Part shown: positions 1-12,176 of the stretch, one piece after another
How positions within the stretch are numbered: position 1 is the stretch's first letter
Layout: the number at the start of each line of letters is the position of its first letter
Assembly: GCA_964531455.1 (NCBI GenBank)
Contig: CAZHFZ010000001.1
Coordinates: 40,454 to 104,453 of the forward strand
Length of the DNA stretch: 64,000 nt
Reading direction: 5' to 3'
Source: an uncultured Bordetella sp.
GTDB lineage: Bacteria; Pseudomonadota; Gammaproteobacteria; Burkholderiales; SG8-41
Made by a program: the position numbers and the translations under genes
Notes under the pieces: model-generated
What the model was told of the DNA's origin: nothing
The model's input: only the letters and a program-made list of their open reading frames with translations
Database searches by the model: none

Positions 1-744
1 GCCGACGAACTTGATCGTGCTGCACGCATCGTCGCGGCCTCGGACAGCCGCGTCACACTGGGCGCCGGTGATCGCGCTTTCGTTCAGGGCATTACCAAGG
101 ATAAGGGTGACCAGTGGCAAATCTTCCGTCGCGGCGACCCTTTGATTGATCCCGACACCAATGAAATATTAGGCTACGAAGCCAGGTATCTTGGTGAAGC
201 GGTGGTCCGGCAGCATGGCGAAGTAGCGACAATTGATATTGTCCGCTCCACGCAGGAAGTGCATCGGGACGACCGATTGCTGCCGCTGGGCAAACAAACA
301 CCAATCTTTGCTTATGTACCGCACTCTCCCCGGGTACCCGTCAAGGGACGCATCATCTCGGCTTATGGCAGCCTGCAGGAAGCCGGGCCCATGTCGATTG
401 TCGCGCTGTCGAAGGGCAGCAAAGACGGCTTGCAGGTCGGAACCGTTCTTGCAATCGAGCGCAGCCAGACTACTTCGCGCTACAGCCAGCGCACCGAGCC
501 GCTGTTCGGCCGTTCCGGCATTACCGGCAACGATACACCTCGTGTTTACTATCCGGAGCCGCTGCCGCCACGCGAAAAAATTCTGGCCCGCGGTGAAGCA
601 GTAACCCGTAGTGACATTGCCAAGCTGCCCGATGAACGCTATGGACTGGTGATGGTTTTCCGTACTTTTGATCGCGCTTCATTCGCCTTGGTCATGGAAG
701 CCAGTCGCCCGGTCGCCGTCACAGACTTCGTTACGAATCCCTGA
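1..744 (+). CDS. LysM peptidoglycan-binding protein, TsaP-like (5' truncated by window edge)
   Basis: Frame open from base 1 (ADELDRAARIVAASDSRVTLGAGD...IFRRGDPLIDPDTNEILGYEARYLG...LPDERYGLVMVFRTFDRASFALVM). These motifs and the position just upstream of dprA match the LysM/TsaP family C-terminus; the LysM domain itself lies outside the window. Confidence 0.75.
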   Translation, partial: ADELDRAARIVAASDSRVTLGAGDRAFVQGITKDKGDQWQIFRRGDPLIDPDTNEILGYEARYLGEAVVRQHGEVATIDIVRSTQEVHRDDRLLPLGKQTPIFAYVPHSPRVPVKGRIISAYGSLQEAGPMSIVALSKGSKDGLQVGTVLAIERSQTTSRYSQRTEPLFGRSGITGNDTPRVYYPEPLPPREKILARGEAVTRSDIAKLPDERYGLVMVFRTFDRASFALVMEASRPVAVTDFVTNP

Positions 745-751
745 TTTTATC

Positions 752-775
752 GGGGGCCCCTCGCCCCCATTATTT
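752..775 (+). terminator. Possible weak intrinsic terminator/hairpin before dprA
   Basis: GGGGGC-ccctc-GCCCCC stem followed by ATTATTT; imperfect U tract. Confidence 0.3.
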
Positions 776-795
776 GCAGCTTACGCATTTCAAAC

Positions 796-1881
796 ATGCC
801 GCTGGATCCGGACCTTGAGGCATGGCTGCGCCTGAGCCTGCTTGATGGTCTCGGTCCGCAATCGCTGCGTAAACTGCTGATTGCGCATGGATCGCCGCGG
901 GACATCCTTGCCGCAAGCGCACGCAACCTTGCAGCAGTTGTGCCAAGCGGGGTTGTTGCCGCCATACGCGCTGGAGGCGCCTCTGATGAGGATCTGAACA
1001 AGGTCAGCCAATGGCTGATCGATCCAGCCAATCATGTTCTCACTTTTGCCGATGCAGAATATCCGCGCCGCTTGCTCGAGATCGCCGACCCCCCACCTTT
1101 GCTGTATGTAAAAGGTCGGGTTGAACTACTCAACCAGCCGGGCTTTGCCATCGTCGGCAGCCGCAACGCAACAGCGCAAGGCCTTGGCAATGCAGAGGCG
1201 TTTGCAATCACGCTTAGCAATGCCGGATTGACCATCGTCAGCGGACTCGCACTTGGAGTCGATGCGGCAGCGCATCGCGGCGGTCTCGCCGGCACGGCAT
1301 CAACAATCGCTGTGGTCGGTACTGGACTGGACGCGGTGTATCCCGCACGCAACCGTGAACTGGCCCACCAGATCGCCGCTCAAGGGGTGTTGGTTTCAGA
1401 ATTTGCGCTGGGCACCCCTCCCGTCGCATCCAACTTCCCGCGGCGTAATCGCCTGATTTGCGGCTTGTCCCGTGGTGTTCTGGTGGTCGAAGCCGCTGTA
1501 TCCAGCGGGTCACTGATCACGGCCCGACTCGCCGCTGATCAGGGTCGTGATGTTTTTGCGATTCCGGGTTCCATTCATTCGCCTTTGGCCAAAGGCTGCC
1601 ATGCATTGATCAAGCAGGGAGCCAAACTGGTAGAGTCGGCGCAGGATGTACTGGAAGAATTAGGCGAAAAATCACTCTCTTCCGGTTCCGCGATTACAAT
1701 CGGGGAGCCGATCGTCGAACATCCGTTGTTAGTACATATCGGCTTTGATCCGGTCGATACGGACACTTTGCAGCAGCGTTGCGGTCTTTCTGCAGCGGAT
1801 ATCAGTATTGCGCTCACTGACCTTGAATTAGCAGGGCAAATCGAGTTGTTGCCTGGAGGACGCTGGCAACGAGTGGGCTGA
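796..1881 (+). CDS. dprA: DNA-processing protein DprA (Smf)
   Basis: AIVGSRNAT, IVSGLALGVDAAAH, NFPRRNRLI, SGSLITA, VFAIPGSIHSPLAKGCHALIKQGAKLV motifs; C-terminal winged helix. Confidence 0.97.
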   Translation: MPLDPDLEAWLRLSLLDGLGPQSLRKLLIAHGSPRDILAASARNLAAVVPSGVVAAIRAGGASDEDLNKVSQWLIDPANHVLTFADAEYPRRLLEIADPPPLLYVKGRVELLNQPGFAIVGSRNATAQGLGNAEAFAITLSNAGLTIVSGLALGVDAAAHRGGLAGTASTIAVVGTGLDAVYPARNRELAHQIAAQGVLVSEFALGTPPVASNFPRRNRLICGLSRGVLVVEAAVSSGSLITARLAADQGRDVFAIPGSIHSPLAKGCHALIKQGAKLVESAQDVLEELGEKSLSSGSAITIGEPIVEHPLLVHIGFDPVDTDTLQQRCGLSAADISIALTDLELAGQIELLPGGRWQRVG

Positions 1882-1994
1882 GCCCGGCTTGCGCTGACCG
1901 GGGATTGTTCTTATCATCTGGCGCTCTTTTCCATGGCGCAGCAGCATCGCGCTTCTCTTTAGCGGCATTACGTCCGCAAAATCAAAAGCTTAGA

Positions 1995-4565
1995 ATGTCC
2001 AAAACGCTCATCATCGCGGAAAAACCATCGGTTGCTGGCGACATCGCCAAGGCACTGGGCGGCTTCACGCGTCAGGGCGAATACTTCGAAAGCGACGACT
2101 ATGTGCTGTCGTCTGCCGTCGGCCATTTGCTCGAAATCGCCGCGCCGGAAGAATTCGAAGTCAAACGCGGCAAATGGTCTTTCGCCAATCTGCCGGTAAT
2201 CCCCCCGCACTTTGACCTGAACCCGATTGCCAAAAGCGAGCCGCGGCTGAAAGTGCTGGCCAAACTGCTCAAGCGCAAGGACGTTACGGCGCTGATCAAT
2301 GCCTGCGACGCGGGCCGCGAGGGTGAACTGATTTTCCGTTACATCGTGCAGGCAACAAAGGCCAACAAGCCCGTGTCCCGCCTGTGGCTGCAGTCGATGA
2401 CGCCCGCCGCGATCCGTGACGGCTTTGCACATCTGCGTACCGACGACGATATGTTGCCGCTGGCCGATGCCGCGCGCAGCCGAAGCGAAGCGGACTGGCT
2501 GGTCGGCATCAATGGCACACGCGCGATGACCGCATTCAACAGCAAGGGTGGCGGCTTCTATCTGACCACCGTTGGCCGGGTGCAGACGCCGACTCTGATG
2601 ATCGTGGTCGATCGCGAACAGAAGATCCGCAAGTTCGTGCCGCGTGATTACTGGGAAATCCGCGCCACTTTCGGTGCCAAGGCTGGCGATTACGAAGGAC
2701 GCTGGTTCGACCCTGCGTTCAAGAAAGACGAGAACGACGCAGAGCGTCGCGAATCCCGGTTGTGGGAACAGGCCAGGGCCGACAAGATTGCGGACGCCTG
2801 CCGCGGCAAGGTCGGAATTGTCACCGAAGAGTCCAAGCCCTCCTCACAGCTGGCACCGGGGTTGTTCGATCTGACCTCGCTGCAGCGTGAGGCCAATGGC
2901 CGCTTCGGTTTTTCTGCAAAGACCACGCTGTCGATCGCACAGGAACTCTATGAGCGGCACAAGGCGCTGACTTATCCGCGGACGGACTCGCGCCACCTGC
3001 CGGAAGACTATATCGACACCGTCAAGGCGACGATTGATGCGCTGGCCGATGACACCGGGCTTCGTCCGCATGCCAAGGAAATCATCAAGAACAAGTGGAT
3101 CAAGCCGAACAAGCGGATTTTCGATAACACAAAAATCTCCGACCACTTCGCGATCATTCCAACGCCGCAGCCGCCGAAGGCGCTCAACGACGTGCAGCAG
3201 AAGATTTACGATCTGGTGGTGCGCCGTTTCATGGCGGTTTTTTTCCCGGCCGCGGAATATCTGGTCACCACACGCATTACTGAAGTCGCATCCCACAAAT
3301 TCAAGACCGAAGGCAAGATCCTGGTCAAGCCGGGCTGGCTGGCGATTTACGGCAAGGATGAACAACAGGAAAGCGCCAACCTGCCGCCGGTCGCCAAGGG
3401 TGAACAACCGCTGGCTTCAGCCGTCGATGTGATTTCGCTGGCGACACGTCCGCCCGCACGCTACTCGGAAGCGACGCTGCTGACCGCAATGGAAGGCGCC
3501 GGCAAGCTGATTGACGACGACGAACTTCGTGAAGCGATGGCGCAAAAAGGTCTCGGTACGCCGGCAACGCGCGCGGCGGTGATCGAACGCCTGATCGCAG
3601 AAAAATATCTGGTGCGTGAAGGCCGCGAGCTGATTCCGACGGCCAAAGCATTCCAGTTGCTGACGCTGCTCAACGGGCTGGACGTCAAGGAACTGACACA
3701 GCCGGAACTCACGGGCGAGTGGGAATACAAGCTGCTGCAGATGGAACGCGGCAAGCTGAAACGGGCGACCTTCATGAAGGAAATCGCCCGCATGACCGAA
3801 CGCATCGTCAAGACGGCCAAGGAATACAACAACGAAACGATTCCCGGCGATTACTCCACCCTGAAAACGCCCTGCCCGAATTGCGGCGGTGTGATCAAGG
3901 AAAACTACCGGCGCTTCGCCTGCGACGGCTGTGAGTTTTCGATCACCAAAATTCCCGGTGGCCGGCAGTTCGAAATTCCGGAAGTGGAGCAACTGCTGCA
4001 GGAGCGCGAGATCGGCCCGCTGCAGGGATTCCGCTCGAAAATGGGCCGGCCGTTCGCCGCGATCCTGCGCATCGTACCGGACAAAGAAACCAGCAACTTC
4101 AAGCTGGAGTTCGATTTCGGCAACAGCAACCCGGATGATGAACCGGAAGAGGTCGATTTCTCCGCCCAGCAGACGCTGGGCGACTGCCCGAAATGCGGCG
4201 GCAAGGTGTATGAGCACGGCATGAACTACGTCTGCGAAAACACGCCCGCGAAAAAGTGTGATTTCCGTTCCGGCAAAGTCATCCTGCGTCAGGAAATCGC
4301 CCGCGAACAGATGCAGAAGCTGCTGACGACGGGGCGCACCGATCTGCTTGATGCCTTCGTCTCCAATCGCAACGGCCGCCGCTTCAAGGCTTTCCTGGTG
4401 CGGCAGCCGGATGGCAAGGTGGGATTTGAGTTTGCACCGCGCGCCGCCAAGCCAGGCGCGGATGTCGGCGCCGCCAAACCCGCAAAAGGCAAAAAAACCG
4501 CGCCGGCCGCAGTGGTCGAAAAACCGGCTCCAGCCAAAAAACGCGCGACCAAAGCCAAGAAATAA
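1995..4565 (+). CDS. topB: DNA topoisomerase III (type IA)
   Basis: Start reassigned to MSKTLIIAEKPSVA. TOPRIM CDAGREGELI, GRVQTPTL, active-site LTYPRTDS, C-terminal Zn ribbons and Lys/Ala-rich tail. Confidence 0.93.
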   Translation: MSKTLIIAEKPSVAGDIAKALGGFTRQGEYFESDDYVLSSAVGHLLEIAAPEEFEVKRGKWSFANLPVIPPHFDLNPIAKSEPRLKVLAKLLKRKDVTALINACDAGREGELIFRYIVQATKANKPVSRLWLQSMTPAAIRDGFAHLRTDDDMLPLADAARSRSEADWLVGINGTRAMTAFNSKGGGFYLTTVGRVQTPTLMIVVDREQKIRKFVPRDYWEIRATFGAKAGDYEGRWFDPAFKKDENDAERRESRLWEQARADKIADACRGKVGIVTEESKPSSQLAPGLFDLTSLQREANGRFGFSAKTTLSIAQELYERHKALTYPRTDSRHLPEDYIDTVKATIDALADDTGLRPHAKEIIKNKWIKPNKRIFDNTKISDHFAIIPTPQPPKALNDVQQKIYDLVVRRFMAVFFPAAEYLVTTRITEVASHKFKTEGKILVKPGWLAIYGKDEQQESANLPPVAKGEQPLASAVDVISLATRPPARYSEATLLTAMEGAGKLIDDDELREAMAQKGLGTPATRAAVIERLIAEKYLVREGRELIPTAKAFQLLTLLNGLDVKELTQPELTGEWEYKLLQMERGKLKRATFMKEIARMTERIVKTAKEYNNETIPGDYSTLKTPCPNCGGVIKENYRRFACDGCEFSITKIPGGRQFEIPEVEQLLQEREIGPLQGFRSKMGRPFAAILRIVPDKETSNFKLEFDFGNSNPDDEPEEVDFSAQQTLGDCPKCGGKVYEHGMNYVCENTPAKKCDFRSGKVILRQEIAREQMQKLLTTGRTDLLDAFVSNRNGRRFKAFLVRQPDGKVGFEFAPRAAKPGADVGAAKPAKGKKTAPAAVVEKPAPAKKRATKAKK

Positions 4566-4584
4566 TCAATAAAAACAAATAATT

Positions 4585-4623
4585 ACGGCCACCACCGCAG
4601 TTGCGATGGTGGCCGTTTTTATT
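4585..4623 (+). terminator. Intrinsic terminator between convergent topB and gyrB
   Basis: ACGGCCACCA-c-CGCA gt TGCG-a-TGGTGGCCGT followed by TTTTATT; A-rich left flank suggests it may act in both directions. Confidence 0.8.
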
Positions 4624-4636
4624 GCCTGCAGATCAA

Positions 4637-7090
<2,454 letters not shown>

Positions 7091-8200
7091 TTAGATACGC
7101 ATCGGCATCACGACATAACGGAAATCGTCGCGGCCCGGAAGGGTGATCAACATACTGCTGTTGGCATCACCAAAAGAGCAGGTTACCTTTCCCGGCGGTA
7201 CATTGCTGAGGACATCAAGGAGATAGGTAACGTTGAAACCAACATCAAGTGGTTCACCGTTGAATTCGACTTCCAACTCCTCCTGGGCTTCTTCCTGTTC
7301 ATTGTTGCTGCAGGAAATTCGCAAACTGTCCTTGGTCAGCATCCACCGTACGCCGCGAAATTTTTCGTTCGACAGAATGGCTGCTCGTTGCAAAGCTCGT
7401 TGCAGTTCATCCCGGTCCAAAGCAATGTGTTTCTCGTAATTGCTGGGAATGACGCGTTGGTAATCCGGAAACTTTCCGTCGATTACCTTGGTGGTCAGAT
7501 CTACATCGCCAAAACGGAAACGCACCTGGTTGGCGTGAATGGCCACATCCAGAGGATCCTCGTTGTCATTGAGTTGTCGCGCGAGTTCAAGGATCGCTTT
7601 TCGCGGAAGAATAACTTCGGTTTTTTCCTGAGGGGCAGACAACTGCGTGACAGCATAGCTGAGACGATGTCCGTCAGTTGCTACAACCCGTAAATCTGTA
7701 CCGTCCGTAACAAGTAAAAGACCGTTGAGGTAATAACGGATGTCTTGTTGTGCCATTGCATATTGCACCAGCGCCAGCAGTTTTCGCGTGGCACCTTGTG
7801 AAATCTGGAAACTGCTCTGCGGTTTTCCTGGATCAGCGAGCGCTGGAAAGTCTGCTGCTGGCAATGTTTGCAGGTTAAAGCGGCTTTTTCCTGCTTTGAC
7901 TTGAAGTCGATTACTAGCCAACTCAAGTCCAACATCACTACCGTCAGGCAATGCGCGAAGAATATCGACTAATTTGCGTGCAGACACTGTGACAGCAAGT
8001 GTTTCTCCAGCTTTTTTGTCCATCGAACATGATGTTGCAATCTGCAGTTCAAGATCTGTGGCGACAAATCTCAAACTGCTTTCGTGTCTTTCGATCAGTA
8101 CATTGGAAAGGATGGGTAGTGTATGGCGTCGTTCGACGATGCCTGTTACGGCCTGAAGCGGCTTCAGCAGGCCATCACGTGGTAGTTGCACGAGTTTCAT
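7091..8200 (-). CDS. dnaN: DNA polymerase III beta clamp
   Basis: LPILSNVLI, ATDLEL, ATDGHRLS, GKFPDYQRVIP, C-terminal YVVMPMRI. Confidence 0.98.
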   Translation of the reverse strand: MKLVQLPRDGLLKPLQAVTGIVERRHTLPILSNVLIERHESSLRFVATDLELQIATSCSMDKKAGETLAVTVSARKLVDILRALPDGSDVGLELASNRLQVKAGKSRFNLQTLPAADFPALADPGKPQSSFQISQGATRKLLALVQYAMAQQDIRYYLNGLLLVTDGTDLRVVATDGHRLSYAVTQLSAPQEKTEVILPRKAILELARQLNDNEDPLDVAIHANQVRFRFGDVDLTTKVIDGKFPDYQRVIPSNYEKHIALDRDELQRALQRAAILSNEKFRGVRWMLTKDSLRISCSNNEQEEAQEELEVEFNGEPLDVGFNVTYLLDVLSNVPPGKVTCSFGDANSSMLITLPGRDDFRYVVMPMRI

Positions 8201-8335
8201 ATTAATAGTTAGTTTCTTTTATAAAGAATAGTAATAGTTAATAGAGAGGCTCGTCTGCTGTTGAAACCTTGCCTGACCTGTTGTTTGTAAAGCTTGTTTC
8301 GTCATTTTGAAACTCTGTTTAATCTGGGGACTGCC

Positions 8336-8344
8336 TGTGGATAA
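8336..8344 (-). promoter_or_regulatory. DnaA box (TTATCCACA)
   Basis: + strand TGTGGATAA, perfect match. Confidence 0.8.
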
Positions 8345-8382
8345 AAAAGGATTAAATCTCGCCTTTTTTACCATTAGCCTGT

Positions 8383-8391
8383 TTATGCACA
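8383..8391 (+). promoter_or_regulatory. DnaA box (TTATGCACA)
   Basis: Matches TTWTNCACA. Confidence 0.7.
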
Positions 8392-8407
8392 ATGTATTCA
8401 CTGTTTA

Positions 8408-9739
8408 TCAACTGCGTAATACCTTCAGCAAAGAAGCGATATCTGTTGTGATGTCGGTGCTGGCGCCACGCAGTTCGGCAATTTTCCTGCAGGCATGAAG
8501 AACCGTCGTATGATCGCGTCCGCCGAACGCTTCACCGATATCCGGCAAACTCATCTGCGTTAACTCTTTTGCCAATGCCATTGCAACCTGCCGTGGTCTG
8601 GCAACGTTGCGTGTCCTTTTCTTTGAATACATTTCGGACACTTTGATCTTGTAGTAATCAGCGACCGTTTTCTGAATGTTTTCAATGCTGACTTGTCGGC
8701 TCTGTGAAGCCAGTACGTCCCGCAATGCTTCTCTCGCCAGGTCGACGGTTATCGGCTGTCCTGTAAACCTGGAATAGGCGAGGACTCGTTTAAGCGCGCC
8801 TTCGAGTTCACGGATGTTTGACTGAATGTGTTTGGCTACGAAGAACGCCACATTTTCATCCAAATTCAGTCCGTCAGCATCCGCTTTTTTCAGCAGGATG
8901 GCGACCCGCATTTCCAGTTCAGGCGGTTCGACGGCAACAGTCAGTCCCCATCCAAAACGGGAAATCAGCCGATTTTCAATCCCGGAAATTTCCTTTGGAT
9001 AGGTATCACAGGTAATGATGACTTGTTTATGGGCTTCAACCAAAGCATTGAATGCGTAGAAGAATTCTTCCTGCGTCCGGTTTTTGCCGCTGAAAAACTG
9101 GATATCATCGATCAGCAGCAGATCCAGGGAATGGTAGTAGCGTTTGAAATCGTCGAACGCCTTGTGTTGATAGGCCCTCACGACATCAGATACATACTGT
9201 TCTGCATGTATGTAACGAATTTTACTTTCAGGCGCCCGTGCACGCAGATGATTACCGATGGCATGGATCAGGTGCGTTTTTCCCAATCCAACGCCCCCGT
9301 AAACAAACAAAGGGTTGTAGGCCGCACCGGGTTTTTCTGCTACTTGTCGCGCAGCTGCCCTTGCCAGATCGTTTGCTTTACCGGTAACGAAGGTATCGAA
9401 AGTAAAGCCGGGATTGAGGCGTGAAATATCACGTACTGGCGGCGCGGGTTTGGCTGTGTGAATTGCGGGTGCTGTCGCATTGACCGCTGGCGTTATCGTT
9501 CCACGTTCGGCGAGCATTAGTTGGACTGTTGCTTCGCTGCCTAGCTGATCCCGGGCAATTTCCAGAATCCGCGCATGAAAACGGTCACGCACCCAGCGCT
9601 GCACAAAACCGTTAGGCGCGGTGATGGTGACCTGCGAGCCAGCAACTGCGCATTGAAGCGGCTGGATCCAGGTGACAAACTGTTGTTGCCCGAGCTCTTT
9701 CGCAAAAAGAGAGAGACAGTGTTGCCAGAATTCGTTCAT
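8408..9739 (-). CDS. dnaA: Chromosomal replication initiator DnaA
   Basis: [17 protein letters not shown] (Walker A), [30 protein letters not shown]. Confidence 0.99.
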   Translation of the reverse strand: MNEFWQHCLSLFAKELGQQQFVTWIQPLQCAVAGSQVTITAPNGFVQRWVRDRFHARILEIARDQLGSEATVQLMLAERGTITPAVNATAPAIHTAKPAPPVRDISRLNPGFTFDTFVTGKANDLARAAARQVAEKPGAAYNPLFVYGGVGLGKTHLIHAIGNHLRARAPESKIRYIHAEQYVSDVVRAYQHKAFDDFKRYYHSLDLLLIDDIQFFSGKNRTQEEFFYAFNALVEAHKQVIITCDTYPKEISGIENRLISRFGWGLTVAVEPPELEMRVAILLKKADADGLNLDENVAFFVAKHIQSNIRELEGALKRVLAYSRFTGQPITVDLAREALRDVLASQSRQVSIENIQKTVADYYKIKVSEMYSKKRTRNVARPRQVAMALAKELTQMSLPDIGEAFGGRDHTTVLHACRKIAELRGASTDITTDIASLLKVLRS

Positions 9740-9878
9740 TCGTCCCTATCGGGCGGAGCGGCGTTAGCGGTTGTGTCGCGTTAGTTCGACCCTTGATTTT
9801 ACCCCTTAATTACTGCCGCCAACCAAACGCCCGAGCTTCCTTGGGGCCGCGGTCCTAAATTGCATGTTTACGCGTACG

Positions 9879-9908
9879 TTGACACAGTGGGGGAGGCCCG
9901 TGTCTAAT
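9879..9908 (+). promoter_or_regulatory. Putative sigma70 promoter of the rpmH operon
   Basis: TTGACA-N18-TCTAAT, ending 35 bp upstream of the rpmH ATG. Confidence 0.5.
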
Positions 9909-9943
9909 GTCGGGTTTTCCAGAACACCAAATCAGGATAGATC

Positions 9944-10078
9944 ATGAAGCGCACCTATCAACCGTCCAAAACGCGTCGCCAGCGGACCCACGGGTTCCGT
10001 GTGCGCATGAAAACGCGCGGCGGTCGCGCTGTAATTCGTGCTCGCCGCGCAAAAGGTCGGGCTCGTCTCAGCGTTTGA
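9944..10078 (+). CDS. rpmH: 50S ribosomal protein L34 (absent from the supplied ORF track)
   Basis: Translated by hand: [44 protein letters not shown], with SD AGGA upstream. Confidence 0.98.
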   Translation: MKRTYQPSKTRRQRTHGFRVRMKTRGGRAVIRARRAKGRARLSV

Positions 10079-10437
10079 CAAATCCGGGGGTTTGCACCAA
10101 TTCCCCCCGTGCGCGACCGGGTCGTTTAACGAAACCGGCGCAATTTGAGGCTGTACTCGCCGGCGGCCGCATGAAGGGCAGTCGCACTTTTCTCATCAGA
10201 GCCCTGCCAAACGCTGAAAGCGGCTCGCGTCTTGGCCTCATCGTTGGCAAAAAAGCCGCCCCGCGTTCTGTGGACCGTAACCGGGTAAAACGGCTGGTTC
10301 GCATCGTCCACGGTCAGTTGGCGGCTGAGCTAGGCAATCTTGATGTTGTCGTGCAACTCAGAGGCAGTCCCCGTAACCGTGACAATGCAGCATTGTTCAA
10401 GGAGTTGGAGGAGCTGATGCGCGGACTGGTTGCATAG
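10075..10437 (+). CDS. rnpA: Ribonuclease P protein component
   Basis: [36 protein letters not shown] (RNR motif). Start uncertain; chosen TTG overlaps the rpmH stop. Confidence 0.9.
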   Translation: MTNPGVCTNSPRARPGRLTKPAQFEAVLAGGRMKGSRTFLIRALPNAESGSRLGLIVGKKAAPRSVDRNRVKRLVRIVHGQLAAELGNLDVVVQLRGSPRNRDNAALFKELEELMRGLVA

Positions 10438-10477
10438 AGCACCCACGAATTCGCAACAGCCACCCGCAAAGAGGCAT

Positions 10478-12151
10478 ATGGACACACAACGGCTGGTACT
10501 CTTCTTTGTCTTCACGATGTCAGTTTTCCTTCTTTATGAAGGCTGGCAGCGCGATCAAATGGCTGTGCAGAAGGCCGCTGTTGCGCCGGCGCCCGGGGCT
10601 GTACCAACCCAAAGCGGGGGTAGTTCGCCCGTCGCTGTACCTACTCCTTCAATCCCGCAGCCCCCTGCTGCGCCTGCTCCCACGCCTGCTGCGCCCGCAG
10701 CAAACGCTGTTGCGAGCGCTGGCAAAACCATCAAGGTTGAGACGGATCTTTACTTTGCCGAGATCAGCACAACCGGCGGTGATCTGGTCAGCCTCAGCAT
10801 GAAAAAACAGGGTGGTACCCTGGATCCGAAAAAGAATTTCGTTTTGTTTACCCGTGCGGCTGATCACGTTTATGTGGCGCAATCAGGCTTGATCGGTGCC
10901 GGGTTGCCCAACCATCAGACGCTGTATACAGCCCAGGCCGATGAATACAAACTCGCAGACGGTGCGAGCGTACTCGAGATTCGACTTGAAGCTGCCGGCA
11001 CTTTCAAATCAGCCAAGATCTACCGGTTTCAGCGCGATAACTATGTCATCGATGTTGCGCATGAACTGACCAACACCAGCGCGGCGCCACTTGAGTTTTT
11101 TGCTTATTTTCAACTGGTGCGCGACACCAAACCACCTGATGGCGACTCGGCTATGGTGCCGACCTATACCGGTCCGGCGGTCTATACCGACAAGGAAAAA
11201 TTCCAGAAGGTTGCTTTTGGCGATATCGACAAAGGCAAGCAGCCTTACCCGAAGAACAGCAATGATGGCTGGGTTGGCATGCTTCAGCATTATTTCCTCG
11301 GCGCCTGGCTACCCAAAGGTGACACCCCGCGCGAGTTCTATACCCGCCAGTTGCAGCAAGGGCTCTATGCTGCGGGTGTGATTCTGCCGGCAGGAACGGT
11401 GGCTCCAGGCGCCAGTGCTGCCATCTCCGTACCTTTGTATGCGGGTCCCCAGGAGCAGCAGAAACTTGCTGCGTTGGCACCGGGTTTGGAGCTCGCTGTC
11501 GATTACGGATGGCTGACAGTGATCGCGGTTCCGTTGTTCTGGGTATTGCAGTGGATTCACGGATGGGCCGGCAATTGGGGTGTTGCGATCATCATCTTGA
11601 CCATTCTGATCAAGCTGTTGTTCTACCCGCTGTCCGAGGCGAGTTATCGCTCAATGGCAAAGATGCGTGTTGTTGCACCTAAACTGCAGCGGTTGAAGGA
11701 GCAGTTCGGTGATGACCGTCAACGCATGCAGCAGGCGATGATGGAGCTCTACAAGACCGAAAAAATCAATCCGCTGGGCGGCTGCCTGCCGATTGTTGTG
11801 CAGATTCCCGTGTTCATTGCCTTGTACTGGGTGTTGTTGGGCAGTGTCGAGATGCGCCAAGCCCCGTTCGCGCTGTGGGTGACCGATCTGTCGACGCCGG
11901 ACCCGTGGTATATCTTGCCCATCCTGATGGGTGCGACGATGATCATCCAGACGCGGCTGAATCCGGAACCGCCCGACCCCATCCAGGCCAAGGTGATGAA
12001 GATCATGCCTGTGGCATTCAGCATTTTCTTCTTCTTTTTCCCGGCTGGTTTGGTGTTGTACTGGCTTGTCAACAACGTACTCTCAATTGCGCAGCAGTGG
12101 CATATCAACAGATCGATTGAGGGCGCCAAACCCGCAACGCGCAAGTCCTAG
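10478..12151 (+). CDS. yidC: Membrane protein insertase YidC
   Basis: MDTQRLVLFF start with GAGG SD; VDYGWL, NWGVAIIILT, INPLGGCLPIVVQIPVFIALY, FPAGLVLYW. Confidence 0.97.
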   Translation: MDTQRLVLFFVFTMSVFLLYEGWQRDQMAVQKAAVAPAPGAVPTQSGGSSPVAVPTPSIPQPPAAPAPTPAAPAANAVASAGKTIKVETDLYFAEISTTGGDLVSLSMKKQGGTLDPKKNFVLFTRAADHVYVAQSGLIGAGLPNHQTLYTAQADEYKLADGASVLEIRLEAAGTFKSAKIYRFQRDNYVIDVAHELTNTSAAPLEFFAYFQLVRDTKPPDGDSAMVPTYTGPAVYTDKEKFQKVAFGDIDKGKQPYPKNSNDGWVGMLQHYFLGAWLPKGDTPREFYTRQLQQGLYAAGVILPAGTVAPGASAAISVPLYAGPQEQQKLAALAPGLELAVDYGWLTVIAVPLFWVLQWIHGWAGNWGVAIIILTILIKLLFYPLSEASYRSMAKMRVVAPKLQRLKEQFGDDRQRMQQAMMELYKTEKINPLGGCLPIVVQIPVFIALYWVLLGSVEMRQAPFALWVTDLSTPDPWYILPILMGATMIIQTRLNPEPPDPIQAKVMKIMPVAFSIFFFFFPAGLVLYWLVNNVLSIAQQWHINRSIEGAKPATRKS

Positions 12152-12176
12152 ACACGCGGCGTTATACTCGCCGCGC

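Larger units (their letters stand above)
8201..8407. other. Candidate replication origin (oriC) in the dnaA-dnaN intergenic region
   Basis: AT-rich 207 bp gap with two consensus DnaA boxes, degenerate boxes and a run of NAN trimers (TAT AAA GAA TAG TAA TAG, 8220-8237) resembling DnaA-trios; parS sites ~5 kb away. Confidence 0.6.

Noticed and set aside
4440-4565. Lys/Ala/Pro-rich TopB tail and Pro/Ala-rich YidC linker (10570-10720) as repeats
   Set aside because: Common low-complexity linkers or tails in these proteins; no exact DNA tandem repeat.
9740-9943. rpmH-dnaA gap as oriC
   Set aside because: No consensus DnaA box (best TTTTCCAGA, one mismatch) and no AT-rich unwinding tract.
9907-10074. 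N-terminal extension of RnpA in the ORF track
   Set aside because: It overlaps rpmH, which is encoded in another frame (9944-10078).
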